This document shows, piece after piece, positions 1 through 13,536 of a stretch of DNA of 64,000 nucleotides (position 1 is its first letter; every line of letters starts with the position of its first letter). Source of the DNA: Macrostomum lignano (Eukaryota). The notes beneath the pieces were generated by a model that worked only from the letters and a program-made list of their open reading frames with translations, did no database searches and was not told the DNA's origin. The stretch is taken from assembly GCA_002269645.1 (NCBI GenBank), contig NIVC01002204.1, forward strand, positions 62,001-126,000, written 5' to 3'. The position numbers were made by a program, and so were the translations under genes.

Positions 1-729
1 AAGTCTACTGAGAGTTACATTTTCCTCCAAATGAAGGTTTGTTTTGCAAGGATATTGTTCAGGATGGTATTTTTGAGAAGAAATTCCCGAGTTGCTCATC
101 TCACTTTGTTGAAGTGAAATATTCAATGAGAGAATCTTGAGGCGTTAAATAAAGAGCTCCTCTTTTTAGAAAGTTGTTGCGATCCGGTATAGCAAAGGTT
201 GCATATGCATCGATCGAGATGAGCTCTTATTTGAGTCCATCAAGTGAACAGGTTTAGCAACAAAGTGGGAGGAGCCTACAAAGAAGCGAAAGCAACAAAG
301 CGAAAGAGACATACTTCACAAGAAATTCTTTACCTGCCAATTAAGAAGGACCCGCTTTAGAATTGACACCTGTGACCAATAGCTATGCACTGTGGATTGA
401 TTGATTTTGATGAGTTGGTGAAACTCAAAAGGCGGACGGAAGAAAGAACTTCAAACGGTTGTTTGGAGTCAAATTTCTGCCTTTGCCTTTTTCTTATGCA
501 CTGTTTCAAGATTCAATTCTTCGTTTACAGCGTGTCACTAATAGCTTCAATTCTACATTTTACGAGCTATGCAGTCAAGAATGTATTTTCGACTGATTCT
601 ACAAAGACTGAATTAAGTAGATAAATACACGTGTGGTACTACTAGAGACATTACCCATCTGAGATTAACCTCTGCGAATTCACGCGGACCTCGTGAAGCT
701 TCGAGGGTTGCTCGAGTTTTCTGACCCCT

Positions 730-1225
730 GATCTAGAGATGTAAACGCCCTATCTAGAGATCCTGTCGCAACATTTAGAGATCCGCATGTACACGAGTAA
801 CTGCACTATCTATGGATCCAAGCGCTCCATCTAGAGATTCTTAGATCCTATTTATAGATCTAAAAACTCCCCATCTAGAGATCCTTACGCCCCATTCGTA
901 GATCTAAACTCCCATCTAGAGATCTAAACGCCCCATTTAGATATCTAATCGCCCCATCTAGGGATATAAACTCCCCATCTAGAGATTCTTAGATCCCATC
1001 TATAGATCTTAACTCCCCATCTAGAGATCCTTACGCTGTAGATCTAAACTCCCATCTAGAGATATTAACGCCCCATCTGTAGATCTAAACTTCCATCTAG
1101 AGATATTAACGCCCCATCTAGAAATCTAACCACCCCATCTAGGGATATAAACTCCCCCATCTAGAGATCTAAACGCCCCATTTAGAATTCTAAACGCCCC
1201 ATCTAGAAATCTAAACGCCCCCAGA
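730..1225. repeat. Degenerate ~21-bp minisatellite (CCCCATCTAGAGATCTAAACG)
   Basis: Tandem units rich in TCTAGA/AGATCT palindromes, upstream of Tbx2/3. Confidence 0.85.
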
Positions 1226-1386
1226 TCTTGGTTCTTGCAGTCGGGAGATTCTTAAATGAGGTCGACTTGAGGTCGACACATGTATCCTGCTAGCTATAGT
1301 TGCATGTACATCGGTGGGCTGTTTTTTATACATTAGGAAACAAGCTTCAGCATTAATGAAATCCGAAATTGTCATCATCCAACACC

Positions 1387-1464
1387 CATTGGTGTGTGAG
1401 CCATCCGCTGCACAAAACTCCGGGCCAATCAGAAGCTGTGCCAGCCATCTTCAAGCCTCATTGG
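1387..1464 (+). promoter_or_regulatory. CCAAT-box cluster upstream of the Tbx2/3 ATG
   Basis: CATTGG at 1387, GCCAATCAG at about 1424 and CATTGG at 1459, 90-170 nt before the ATG; motif evidence only. Confidence 0.3.
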
Positions 1465-1553
1465 TCAGATGACGAAAGACTGTTAATACGATAAAAAGGC
1501 TTTGCAGAATTGAGTTTTAAATTCTAAACTTATAAGCGCTGTAGTTTGTAATA

Positions 1554-4500
1554 ATGTCTTCGTTTAATCCTTTCGAATTGTCATTTTTTCATTCGCTAGG
1601 CCAGCAAACCAGTTACAGTACAGCCTCGTCAGGCGTTGCTGAAGGAACCTTCAATTGGCCTATGATGAAGCTGCCGCAGTTTCTTCAAGGCCAGCCGGCG
1701 ACGGGAGCGAATTATGAGCACGCGAGAGTTGACCTAATAGAGAAGGAGCTTTGGCAACAGTTTCACGCCCTAGGAACTGAAATGGTGATTACTAAGAGTG
1801 GCAGGTGAGGTTCTGGATGCATGGCTATCATTGGGAAGCTTGCAGATTGTGTTTAAGTAAAGTCGATTTTGTATTTTCGGGAGTGGAGCTTCAAGAAATA
1901 AGTTAAATTTAGATGTCATTTCTAGCGCCACTTCTGTAGCGCGAAATGTATAGCGCCACTTTTATAGCGCCATCTCTATAGCCCCAACTCTGTAGCGCCA
2001 TCTCTATAGCGCCACTTCTTTAGCGCCAAATGTATAGCGCCACTTGTAGCACCACTTCTATAGCGCCACTTCTTTAGCGCCAAATGTATGGTGCCACTTG
2101 AAGCGCCACTTCTTTAGCGCTATCTCTATGGCAACATCTCTATAGCGCCAACTCTGTAGCGCCATCTCTAAGCGCCTACTCTATAGTGCCACTTCTTTAG
2201 CGCTATCTCTATAGCGACATCTCTATAGCGCCAAATCTGTAGCGCCATCTCTATAGCGCCAACTCTATAGCGCCACTTCTTTAGCGCTATCTCTATAGCG
2301 ACATCTCTATAGCGCCAAATCTGTAGCGCCATCTCTATAGCGCCAACTTTATAGCGCCACTTCTTTAGCGCTATCTCTATAGCGCCACGTCTGTAGCGCC
2401 ACCTTCTATAGCGCCATTTCTTTAGCGCTATCTCTATAGCGACATTTCTATTGCGCCACTTCTATTACGCCACTTCTGTAGCGCCATCTCTATAGCGCCA
2501 CTTCTTGCCCCAATAAAATGCCCTGTGCATGTAAGCTGCGTAATGTACTGTGCGTCAATAGTTTCTCAATGAACTAACAAGTGAAAATTTTGTCCATTTG
2601 TTTAGTTTCTATGCCCGTTGTTAGCCAGTTGACTTCTCCATAATGTAAATAGTACAGGACATCGCTGCGATTGTATGGACAACTAATTATTAGACAGCTA
2701 ATGCATTTGAGTAAGCAAGCAGTTTTGGCGACACAATGTCTGCGTTTGTTTGCGCAACTCTGCTTTTTTGTGCCCAAGTAGAGCGTTTTAGTGTATGACA
2801 TGGTGTTTTGTGAGTTATCGCTTGCATCTCTGCACACTGACTCTACTCTGTGCAAAATAATTCTGGGTTGAAATTTATGTTGAAAGACAGATGAGCCTTG
2901 CTGACTTGAAAACAGAGGCAGGGATAGGAAGGGTAGAGAGTGAGGGTGGAGATAGAGAGAGAAGATGAAGAGGGAGAGAAGATAGAGAGGGAGAGACGAG
3001 ATATAGATAGAGAGGGAGAGAAGATAGAGAAGGAGAGAGGATAGAGAGGGGAGAGGAGATAGAGATAGAGAGGGAGAGAAGATAGAGAGGGAGAGAGGAT
3101 AGAGAGGGGAGAGAAGATAGAGAGGGGAGAGGAGATAGAGATAGAGAGGGAGAGAGGATAGAGAAGGAGAGAGGATAGAGAGGGGAGAGGAGATAGAGAT
3201 AGAGAGGGAGAGAAGATAGAGAAGGAGAGAGGATAGAGAGGGGAGAGGAGATAGAGATAGAGAGGGAGAGAAGATAGAGAGGGAGAGAGGATAGAGAGGG
3301 GAGAGAAGATAGAGAGGGGAGAGGAGATAGAGATAGAGAGGGAGAGAGGATAGAGAGGGGAGAAGATAGAGAGGGAGAGAAGATAGAGAGGGGAGAGGAG
3401 ATAGAGATAGAGAGGAAGAGAAGATAGAGAGGGAGAGAGGATAGAGAGGGGAGAGAAGATAGAGAGGGGAGGGGAGATATAGATAGAGAGGGACAGAGGA
3501 TAGAGAGGGAGAGAGGATAGAGAGGGAGAGAGGATAGAGAGGGGAGAGGAGATAGAGATAGAGAGGGAGAGAGGATAGAGAGGGGAGAAGATAGAGAGGG
3601 GAGAGGAGATAGAGATAGAGAGGAAGAGAAGATAGAGAGGGAGAGAGGATAGAGAGGGGAGAGAAGATAGAGAGGGGAGAGGAGATATAGATAGAGAGGG
3701 ACAGAGGATAGAGAGGGAGAGAGGATAGAGAGGGAGAGAGGATAGAGAGGGGAGAGGAGATAGAGATAGAGAGGGGAGAGGAGATAGAGATAGAGAGGGA
3801 GAGAGGATAGAGAGGGAGAGAGGATAGAGAGGGAGAGAGGATAGAGAGGGAGAGAGGATAGAGAGGGGAAAGGAGATAGAGATAGAGAGGGAGAGAGGAT
3901 AGAGAGGGGAAAGGAGATAGAGATAGAGAGGGAGAGAGGATAGAGAGGGAGAGAGTATAGATGGTGATAGAGAGAGGTGATAGAGGGAAAGAGGAGATGG
4001 TGAGGGAGAGGAGGAGAGCCATAAAAAGCAAGTATAATTTTGAGTCAAGAATCGGGTTTTGCACTAGGAGTCAGAATTTCCAGAAACTTCTGCACGTGCA
4101 TGCCATGCGCACATAACTGTGTGTCAATCCGTCATAAAATCTAATTTATTGAGTCCATGTAATTACGCTCGTAGAAATCAATTACCTTTGCCTCCAAGAC
4201 CAAGTAAAGCAATCAGCACAATGTAAACAATGCTCTTTTGTAGGCGATTTTTCCTGAAAAGAAACTGTGTTTCTTTTGCTATTATTATCGTTTCTGCAGT
4301 CAATTCTATCTTAGCCAATTCAGCAGGCTGCTTTTAAGACACATCACATTTTTTCTTTTTGTGTGAATTAGCGTCAAAAGCCCAGATTTGAATTGGCGCC
4401 AAAAACCCTGATTTGAATTGGCGCCGAAACCCAGTTTAAATTGGTGCTAAAAAACTCTTCCCTAGAACTTGGGGTTCAAATTAAATTCAAACTACAACAT

Positions 4501-7500
4501 TCGTGATACTGATATCTATTTAAATTTTTCTTTGGTTGTTTCGTTCGTTTTTTGTTACCGGCGTTCAATTTAAACCGACACATTAAAACATATTTTAGTA
4601 ATAACATTAAATTGTAACACAAATTCGTTAAAAAAACTACTCAAAATTAACCCTTTCGTTGCAGACGAATGTTTCCACCGTTTAAAGTGAAGATATCCGG
4701 TTTGGATAGAACAGCCAAATACGCAATGCTGATGGATATTGTGCCTGTTGATGACTGCAGGTGAGTTTTTCTATACTTTTATGGATAGCCTTTGACCAGA
4801 TATTTTTGGGTCGTTATCAACATGCTTTTTGTGTCCGTGGTAGTCAGTTTTATGATTAGTTTTTGGTGTGCGACGGGTAATTTTGTACATGTAGTTTTGT
4901 GTCTGTCTGTGACAGGTAGTTTTGTGTCTGTGACAGGTAGTTTTGTGTGTGTGACAGGTAGTTTTGTGTCTTCGGTAGGTAGTTTTGTGTCTTAGGGCGG
5001 ATGCTGCAGTGTCAGGAGAGACAAACGATTCACATTTCTCCAATCGCAGGTACAAATTCCACAACTGCAGCTGGGTAATAGCTGGCAAGGCCGACCCGGA
5101 AATGCCCAAAAGGATTTATATCCACCCGGACAGCCCCTGCACAGGGGAGCAGTGGATGCAAAAGATTGTCAGCTTTCACAAGCTTAAGCTGACCAACAAC
5201 GTGTCAGATAGGCACGGATTTGTAAGTTGCTTTTGATTTAACTTTCCCGCCACAGTTTCAAGGTCGTTTTTTAAAAGGAGATTTTTACAAAATGGTTTCA
5301 GTTTCCTTTTAAAGTTAAACTTTTCAACTGCGATTCCAAGGTCATCTTCAAACGAAAACTTTCCATCAAATAGTCTGCAAGGTTATCATTCATCTTCATT
5401 AATCTTCATCAATTATCTTATTCATCTTTAAACGAAAACTTTCCATCAAGACTTCAAGGTCATTTCTAAAATAAAAATTTCCATCAAGGTCATATCCAAA
5501 CGAAAACGTTCAAGACTTCAAGACTTCAAGGTCATCTTCAAGGAAAGATACAAATTTCAAGGTCATCTTCGACCGAAAACTTTCGATTAAGACTTCAAGG
5601 TCATTTCCAAGTTAAAAATCTCCACTTAGACTTTTAAAACCATTTCCAAACGGAAACCTCTCATGGCTTCCAACCACCCTTCCGCCAACAGACCATCTTG
5701 AACTCCATGCACAAGTATCAGCCCAGATTTCATCTGGTTTGCGCCAGCGAACTTCATCGCTTGCCATTTGCGCCCTATCGATCGTTCGCCTTCGCCGAGA
5801 CGCAATTCGTGGCCGTGACAGCCTATCAGAATGAGCGAATTACGCAGCTCAAAATCGATCACAATCCGTTTGCTAAAGGCTTCCGGGAGAGCGGCGGCGG
5901 TGGGAGGAGCTCAAAGAAAATGTTTGTTGAGCTTTGACTGATTTCATTTGACTCTGGGGTGTCAGTTGGTTGTCCAGTGATGTGTCAGCTGGTTGTCCAG
6001 TGATGTGTCAGCTGGTTGTCCAGTGATGTGTCAGCTGGTTGTCCAGTGATGTGTCAGCTGGTTGTCCAGTGATGTGTCAGTTGTTTGACTGAAGTGTCAG
6101 GGTAGACTGTAGCGTTTCAGAGTAGACTACGTCAGTGTAGGGTGGCAGTATAGACTGTAGGGTGTCAGGGTAGACTGTAGGGTGTCAGGGTAGACTGTAG
6201 GGTGTCAGGGTAGACTGTAGGGTGTCAGGGTAGACTGTGGGGTGTCAGGATAGACTTTAGGGTGTCAGGATAGACTGTAGGGTGTCAGGATAGACTGTAG
6301 GGTGTCAGGATAGACTTTAGGGTGTCAGGGTAGACTTTAGGGTGTCAGGGTAGACTGTAGGGTGTCAGGGTAGACTGTGGGGTGTCAGGATAGACTTTAG
6401 GGTGTCAGGATAGACTGTAGGGTGTCAGGATAGACTGTAGGGTGTCAGGATAGACTTTAGGGTGTCAGGGTAGACTGTAGGGTGTCAGGATATAGACTGT
6501 AGGGTGTCAGGGTAGACTTTAGGGTGTCAGAGTAACCTGTAGGGTAGACACTAGGATGTCAGAAACAACCCTGCGATGGCACAGAAGACACTACAAATTC
6601 TCCCCTCCACAAAACCAACCGCAGAAAACTGTCAGTTGATCATCAGCTCGAACAGCAGTGCGGCCAACACCAGTCTCATCTTGTGCGCCGCCGACCGCAG
6701 AGTCAAGTCGCTGACAGCAGCTTCGAGCGACGCCTGCAACTGGAATTCGATCAAGAGGTGCCACCTGAGGAGGAGACTTCCAGGTGGCGACTGGAATCGG
6801 ACGAATCACGGAGCCGGAGGAACCCCCAGCGTCCGTTGACGAGGGCAGACGGAGGGTCCAGCCCGGATAACACGGTCACTTCTAGCGACATGCCCGACTG
6901 TACGAGTCGCGAAGGTAGGGCTTGATTCTTGAGCCATCCCTACCCCTCTGAGCCCCGCCATCCCTACCCTTCTGAGCCCCGCCACCTCATTCCTACCCTT
7001 CTGAGCCCCGCCACCTCATTCCTACCCTTCTGAGCACCGCCACCCCATTCCTACCCTTCTGAGCCCCGCCACCCCATCCCTACCCTTCTGAGCCCCGCCA
7101 CCCCATCCCTACCCTTCTGAGCCCCGCCACCCCATTCCTACCCTTCTGAGCCCCGCCACCCCATTCCTACCCTTCTGAGCCCCGCCACCCCATTCCTACC
7201 CTTCTGAGCCCCGCCACCCCATTCCTACCCTTCTGAGCCCCACCACCCCATTCCTACCCTTCTGAGCCCACAACCCCATCCCATCATTCTGAGCTCCACC
7301 ACCCCATTCATACCCTTCTTAGCCCCGCCACCCCATCCCTACTCCTCTCGACCCCGTCACCCCACTCTAAACCCTATCTACAGTCATAATAAACCGACTG
7401 TGATGAGTGGTTTTACATTCGTTTATTCTGTTGAAATAACTCCTGTTTCATTATGGTTTTCTCCACTTGTAGGCATATTTTCTGCACAAAAGCTAACCAT

Positions 7501-10500
7501 TGATTTCGTCTTTTTTCGAGCGTTTTTTAATCCCGCCACTGTTTATCTAGGCTATCAACCAACCTGTCATAAATTATGTGCAGGGAAATTTATAAAAATT
7601 CCCGTATAGTTTACAATTCTGTTGAGCGAAATGGCCACCTGTCGAAGTGATGTAAGCATGTCAATCACAGATGGGCTTCTGGGCATGATTTTCGGGGATT
7701 TCTGATTACCTAAAAAATGTGCCTACGATTTTGAGGGCTTTGATTAAAAAAAGCAGTTTCAGAACTGGCACGTTTATATAGCATGGGAGAAATTTGGGAG
7801 ATAGGATAGAGGAATGTTAATTAGGAAGTTGGGCAATATAGGACAGGGACAGAAAAATGAGAAGGATATTGATGGGGGAGATAAGAGACGGATATTGGGG
7901 GAGATAAGAGACGGATATTGGGGGAGATAAGAGACGGATATAGGGGGAGATAAGAGACGGATATTAGGGAGATAAAAAACGGATATTGGGGAGATAAGAG
8001 ATTGATATTGGGGAGATAAGAGACGGATATTGGGGGAGATAGAAGACGGATATTGGGGGAGATAAGAGACGGATATAGGGGAAGATTAGAGACGGAGATT
8101 GGAGGAGATTATAGACGGAGATTGGAGGAGATAAGAGACGGAGATTGGAGGAGATAAGAGACGGAGATTGGAGAAGATAAGAGACGGAGATTGGAGGAGA
8201 TTAGAGACAAAGATTGGAGGAGCTTAGAGACGGAGATTGGAGAAGATAAGAGACGGAGATTGGAGAAGATAAGAGACGGAGATTGGAGAAGATTAGAGAC
8301 GGAGATTGGAGAAGATTAGAGACGGAGATTGGAGGAGATAAGAGACGGAGTTTGGAGAAGATTAGAGACGGAGATTGGAGAAGATTAGAGACGGAGATTG
8401 GAGGAGATAAGAGACGGTGATTGGAGGGGATAAGAGACGGACATAGGGGGTGATTAGAGACGGAGATTGGAGAAGATAAGAGACGGTGATTGGAGAAGAT
8501 TAGAGACGGAGATTGGAGGAGATAAGAGACGGTGATTGGAGAAGATTAGAGACGGAGATTGGAGAAGATAAGAGACGGAGATTGGAGAAGATAAGAGACG
8601 GAGATTGGAGAAGATTAGAGACGGAGATTGGAGGAGATAAGAGACGGTGATTGGAGAAGATTAGAGACGGAGATTGGAGGAGATAAAAGACGGAGATTGG
8701 AGAAGATAAGAGACGGAGATTGGAGAAGATTAGAGACGGAGATTGGAGAAGATTAGAGACGGAGATTGGAGGAGATAAGAGACGGAGATTGGAGGAGATA
8801 AGAGACGGAGATTGGAGGAGATAAGAGACGGTGATTGGAGAAGATAAGAGACGGTGATTGGAGGGGATAGGAGACGGATATAGGGGGAGATTAGAGACGG
8901 AGATTGGAGGAGATAAGAGACGGTGATTGAAGGGGATAGGAGACGGATATAGGGGGAGATTAGAGACGGAGATTGGAGAAGATTATAGACGGAGATTGGA
9001 GGAGATAAGAGACGGAGATTGGAGAAGATAAGAGACGGAGATTGGAGGAGATTAGAGACAAAGATTGGAGGAGCTTAGAGACGGAGATTGGAGAAGATAA
9101 GAGACGGAGATTGGAGAAGATAAGAGACGGAGATTGGAGAAGATAAGAGACGGAGATTGGAGAAGATTAGAGACGGAGATTGGAGAAGATTAGAGACGGA
9201 GATTGGAGGAGATAAGAGACGGAGTTTGGAGAAGATTAGAGACGGAGATTGGAGAAGATTAGAGACGGAGATTGGAGGAGATAAGAGACGGTGATTGGAG
9301 GGGATAAGAGACGGACATAGGGGGTGATTAGAGACGGAGATTGGAGAAGATAAGAGACGGTGATTGGAGAAGATTAGAGACGGAGATTGGAGGAGATAAG
9401 AGACGGTGATTGGAGAAGATTAGAGACGGAGATTGGAGAAGATAAGAGACGGAGATTGGAGAAGATAAGAGACGGAGATTGGAGAAGATTAGAGACGGAG
9501 ATTGGAGGAGATAAGAGACGGTGATTGGAGAAGATTAGAGACGGAGATTGGAGGAGATAAGAGACGGAGATTAGAGAAGATAAGAGACGGAGATTGGAGA
9601 AGATTAGAGACGGAGATTGGAGAAGATTAGAGACGGAGATTGGAGGAGATAAGAGACGGAGATTGGAGGAGATAAGAGACGGAGATTGGAGGAGATAAGA
9701 GACGGTGATTGGAGAAGATAAGAGACGGTGATTGGAGGGGATAGGAGACGGATATAGGGGGAGATTAGAGACGGAGATTGGAGGAGATAAGAGACGGTGA
9801 TTGAAGGGGATAGGAGACGGATATAGGGGGAGATTAGAGACGGAGATTGGAGAAGATAAGAGACCGAGATTGGAGGAGATTAGAGACGGAGATTGGAGAA
9901 GATAAGAGACCGAGATTGGAGGAGATTAGAGACGGAGATTGGAGGAGATTAGAGACGGAGATTGGAGAAGATAAGAGACGGAGATTGGAGGAGATAAGAG
10001 ACGGTGATTGGAGGGGATATGAGACGGTGATTGGAGAAGATTAGAGACGGAGATTGGAGGAGATTAGAGACGGAGATTGGAGAAGATAAGAGACGGAGAT
10101 TGGAGGAGATAAGAGACGGTGATTGGAGGGGATATGAGACGGTGATTAAAGGATAAGATAATCAAACAACAGGCAGAATAAGTTTTCGCTCTGACACACT
10201 TGCAGACTTACCAACTCGCAGCAATGGGAATCTTTCCTGGCACCTGCACCAGCCGTGGCTGCAACTTTCGACTCAAGAGAACCAGCTGCCACTAATGCTT
10301 CATCAACCTGGTCTATCATCGATATCGACATCGACGGAAACTCGAGCCGTCCAGGTGACTGCGGCGGCTGCGGCGGCAGCGGCGGCGGCTGCGGCAGCGA
10401 CGGCCATTGAGCTGTCGCAGCAGCTCATCCTGAGAAGGCATCAAACATTGCCTACGCGGAGTTCTAAGCGATTATCGTCGAATGATTTTTCCAAAATTCA

Positions 10501-10570
10501 CACTCTCATTGAAACAAAAGCCAATGACGAATCTGAGGCTGAAGCGAGTACGACTGCAGAGATTAATTAA
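1554..10570 (+). CDS. TBX2/3: T-box transcription factor, Tbx2/3 (optomotor-blind) subfamily; 6 exons, about 467 aa
   Basis: Exons 1554-1804, 4665-4760, 5050-5221, 5692-5921, 6625-6914, 10206-10570 join in phase (1404 nt). T-box reads [33 protein letters not shown]...[65 protein letters not shown]...[24 protein letters not shown], typical of Tbx2/3. Exons 5-6 rest on splice signals and phase only; the exon 4 donor is a weak GTTTGT. Confidence 0.93.
1921..2510. repeat. 14-bp minisatellite (TAGCGCCATCTCTA)
   Basis: Tandem units in Tbx2/3 intron 1. Confidence 0.9.
2932..4015. repeat. Purine-strand GA-rich tandem tract (GATAGAGAGGGAGAGAG variants)
   Basis: About 1.1 kb almost free of C on the + strand; Tbx2/3 intron 1; source of ORFs 2574-4064 and 2843-4048. 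Confidence 0.95.
4853..4990. repeat. Short ~21-bp array (GGTAGTTTTGTGTCTGTGACA)
   Basis: Several units in Tbx2/3 intron 2. Confidence 0.75.
5330..5660. repeat. Degenerate array (AAGGTCATCTTCAAACGAAAACTTTCCATC-like)
   Basis: Repeated CAAGGTCAT/CGAAAACTT motifs in Tbx2/3 intron 3. Confidence 0.6.
5958..6560. repeat. Adjacent 23-bp (GTCAGCTGGTTGTCCAGTGATGT) and 20-bp (GTCAGGGTAGACTGTAGGGT) arrays
   Basis: They fill Tbx2/3 intron 4; both units contain GTGTCAG. Confidence 0.92.
6932..7375. repeat. 29-bp minisatellite (CTACCCTTCTGAGCCCCGCCACCCCATTC)
   Basis: Starts about 17 nt after the exon 5 donor of Tbx2/3. Confidence 0.92.
7868..10146. repeat. 23-bp minisatellite (GAGATTGGAGGAGATAAGAGACG) with a ~850-875-bp higher-order duplication
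   Basis: About 2.3 kb in Tbx2/3 intron 5; rare variants recur at offsets of 851 and 874 nt. Confidence 0.95.
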
Positions 10571-10649
10571 CCTGAATATTTGACCTTCACTTTTCTATCA
10601 AATGTTTAGCATTGGACTGTATGTACAGTAGAAACTGCTCCTATGACCT

Positions 10650-11118
10650 TAATTATTCCAGGCGCCCCGAATGACTATTTGGCACCTCCAATGACCATTT
10701 AGAATAGTCAATGACCATTTTGGCGCCTCCAATGACCCTTTGGAATCTCCAATGACCCTTTGGCATCTCCAATGACCATTCAAAACCTCCAATGACCATT
10801 TACAACCTCCAATGACCATTCAAAACCTCTGATGACCATTTAGAATATCCAATTACAATTTGGCATCTCCAATGACCATTTGGCATCTTCAATGACCAGT
10901 TAAAACCTTCAATGACCATTTAGAATCTCAAATGACCATTTTGCATCTCCAATGACCATTTGACTCCTTCACTGACCAATTAAAACCTTCAATGGCCATT
11001 TAGAATCTCAAATGACCATTTTGCATCTCCAATGACCATTTGACTCCTTCACTAACCAATTAAAACCTTCAATGGCCATTTAGAATCTCCAATGACCACT
11101 TGAAATCTCCAATGACCT
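10650..11118. repeat. 21-bp minisatellite (CCAATGACCATTTAGAATCTC)
   Basis: Begins about 80 nt after the Tbx2/3 stop codon. Confidence 0.88.
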
Positions 11119-11774
11119 GTTTGATCACTTTTGATGACAATATTTCACAATAAGAATCGATCATCTACATCTCAAAAATCAATGAAAACGCAATAAAAAA
11201 CTGTTTGATAAAAATAGCTATTTACCGTATTATCCATCGAAAGTAGATTCGTCTCGCGCAGTCTCTGCAGTTTTATAAGTTCTTCTCTTTAAGGCTTGGA
11301 AAAAAGTCTCAACAACTTTCGAAACCAAAAACGAGATTACGAGTATTAGGGAAGGATTCGATGCTAATCCACTTTAAGACCTTGGAACAATGCCTCATCA
11401 GGGTCTGTCGCTGGCTCCCCTGAGAGTCGCTTTGCAAAGAAATGTAAAACCGAGCGTGAAATACCCTTGAAGATTCGCGAAACTCCTTGCCATTAGATCA
11501 GCTAGTTCCTGTCCCATCAAAGTCCTTATCTTGTTACTCTCTGCTCCGATCCTTCAACTCTACGACTGCCAGCGTGATTGGCTTCTGAGTTTTGCTTTTC
11601 CCAATTCAATTGCTTTGATTGCCGCTGATCAGCCTCTTTTGCTTCTGGCTGGGCTTGGAAATGATAATTTTGTTCTGCAACTGGCTGACTTTTTATGTCT
11701 GAATGTAACCATAGATGCATTCTATCTTCTCTTTACCTGTGACCCTTGCTCTTCCTTGTGTCCCCTTCTCCTCC

Positions 11775-13050
11775 TCTCTTCATCTTCTCTCACCCTCTCT
11801 TCATCCCCTCTCCCCTCTCTTCATCCCCTCCCCCCTCTCTTCATCCCCTCTCCTCTCTCTTCATCCCCTCCCCCCTCTCTTCATCAGTTCCCCCCCTCTC
11901 TTCATCCCCTCCCCCCTCTCTTCATCCCCTCTCCCCTCTCTTCATCCCCTCTCCCCTCTCTTCATCCCCTCTCCCCTCTCTTCATCCCCTCCCCCTCTCT
12001 TCATCCCCTCTCCCCTCTCTTCATCCCCTCTCCCCTCTCTTCATCCCCTCTCCCCTCTCTTCATCCCCTCTCCCCTCTCTTCATCCCCTCTCCCCTCTCT
12101 TCATCCCCTCTCCCCTCTCTTCATCCCCTCCCCCTCTCTTCATCAGTTCCCCCTCTCTTCATCCCCTCCCCCTCTCTTCATCCCCTCTCCCCTCTCTTCA
12201 TCCCTCTCCTCCTCTCTTCATCCCCTCTCCCCTCTCTTCATCAGTTCCCCCCCTCTCTTCATCCCCTCCCCCTCTCTTCATCCCCTCCCCCCTCTCTTCA
12301 TCCCCTCTCCCCTCTCTTCATCCCCTCTCCCCTCTCTTCATCCCCTCCCCCTCTCTTCATCCCCTCCCCCCTCTCTTCATCCCCTCTCCCCTCTCTTCAT
12401 CCCCTCTCCCCTCTCTTCATCCCCTCTCCCTCTCTTCATCCCCTCCCCCCTCTCTTCATCCCCTCCCCCCTCTCTTCATCCCTCTCCCCTCTCTTCATCC
12501 CCTCTCCCCTCTCTTCATCCCCTCTCCCCTCTCTTCACCCCCTCTCCCCTCTCTTCATCCCCTCTCCCCTCTCTTCATCCCCTCTCCCCTCTCTTCATCC
12601 CCTCTCCCCTCTCTTCATCAGTTCCCCCCCTCTCTTCATCCTCTCTCCCCTCTCTTCATCCCCTCTCCCCTCTCTTCATCCCCTCTCCCCTCTCTTCATC
12701 CCCTCTCCCCTCTCTTCATCAGTTCCCCCCTCTCTTCATCCTCTCTCCTCCTCTCTTCATCCCCTCTCCCCTCTCTTCATCCCCTCTCCCCTCTCTTCAT
12801 CCCTCTCCCCTCTCTTCATCCCCTCTCCCCTCTCTTCATCCCCTCTCCCCTCTCTTCACCCCCTCTCCCCTCTCTTCATCCCCTCTCCCCTCTCTTCATC
12901 CCCTCTCCCCTCTCTTCATCCCCTCTCCCCTCTCTTCATCCCCTCTCCCCTCTCTTCATCCCCTCCCCCCTCTCTTCATCCTCTCTCCTCCTCTCTTCAT
13001 CCTCTCTCCTCCTCTCTTCATCCTCTCTCCTCCTTCTCACCTTCTCTCCT
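11775..13050. repeat. 20-bp pyrimidine-strand minisatellite (CTCTCTTCATCCCCTCTCCC)
   Basis: About 1.3 kb; source of the three Pro/Ser/Leu ORFs at 11531-13148. Confidence 0.95.
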
Positions 13051-13536
13051 CACTCACCTTTTTAACTATGATTCACACATCTAGGCATCGCAGCTTCAGA
13101 AGTTTCACTTGGTTTTCAGCAGCTACTGTACAAAAACAGCTAAGCTAAGATTGCTTGTGTGCATTGAAAATATGCTGGTTATAGCCAGACTAGCTGGCGT
13201 CAGATCAAAAGATTTCCATTTCTTGTTGACTATTTGGAAACAAACCAACCTAACGCTTGCAGTGTTGGGTGGAGACCTCATGCTGAGACAAAAATATCTG
13301 TATTTAGCTGTGACTCTGTTTCATGCTCCCCTTGTTGGGCATTCTTAGGGTAATTATTCTAGTATATAAGGGCTACATGTACATGTACTTTCAACGCTGT
13401 TGTTCAAGCAAATTATCGACACAGGCGCCACAGTCAGTTGCACTGAAGTTTGAAGTGTCTGCTTTTTCTGACCATTTTTTCTCTGCAAGCTGACTGCACT
13501 TGTATTTATTGACTGCGGCTCATTCCTTTTTCTACA

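Noticed and set aside
1-620. Possible coding remnant at the window start, including ORF 385-624
   Set aside because: All frames are interrupted by stops and the similarity to transposase motifs is too weak to support.
11230-13350. Minus-strand splice-like signals (AAG|GTGAGT at 13057, CAG|GTAAAG at 11736) and ORF 11526-11720
   Set aside because: They could not be joined into a coherent CDS; at most an unproven non-coding transcript.
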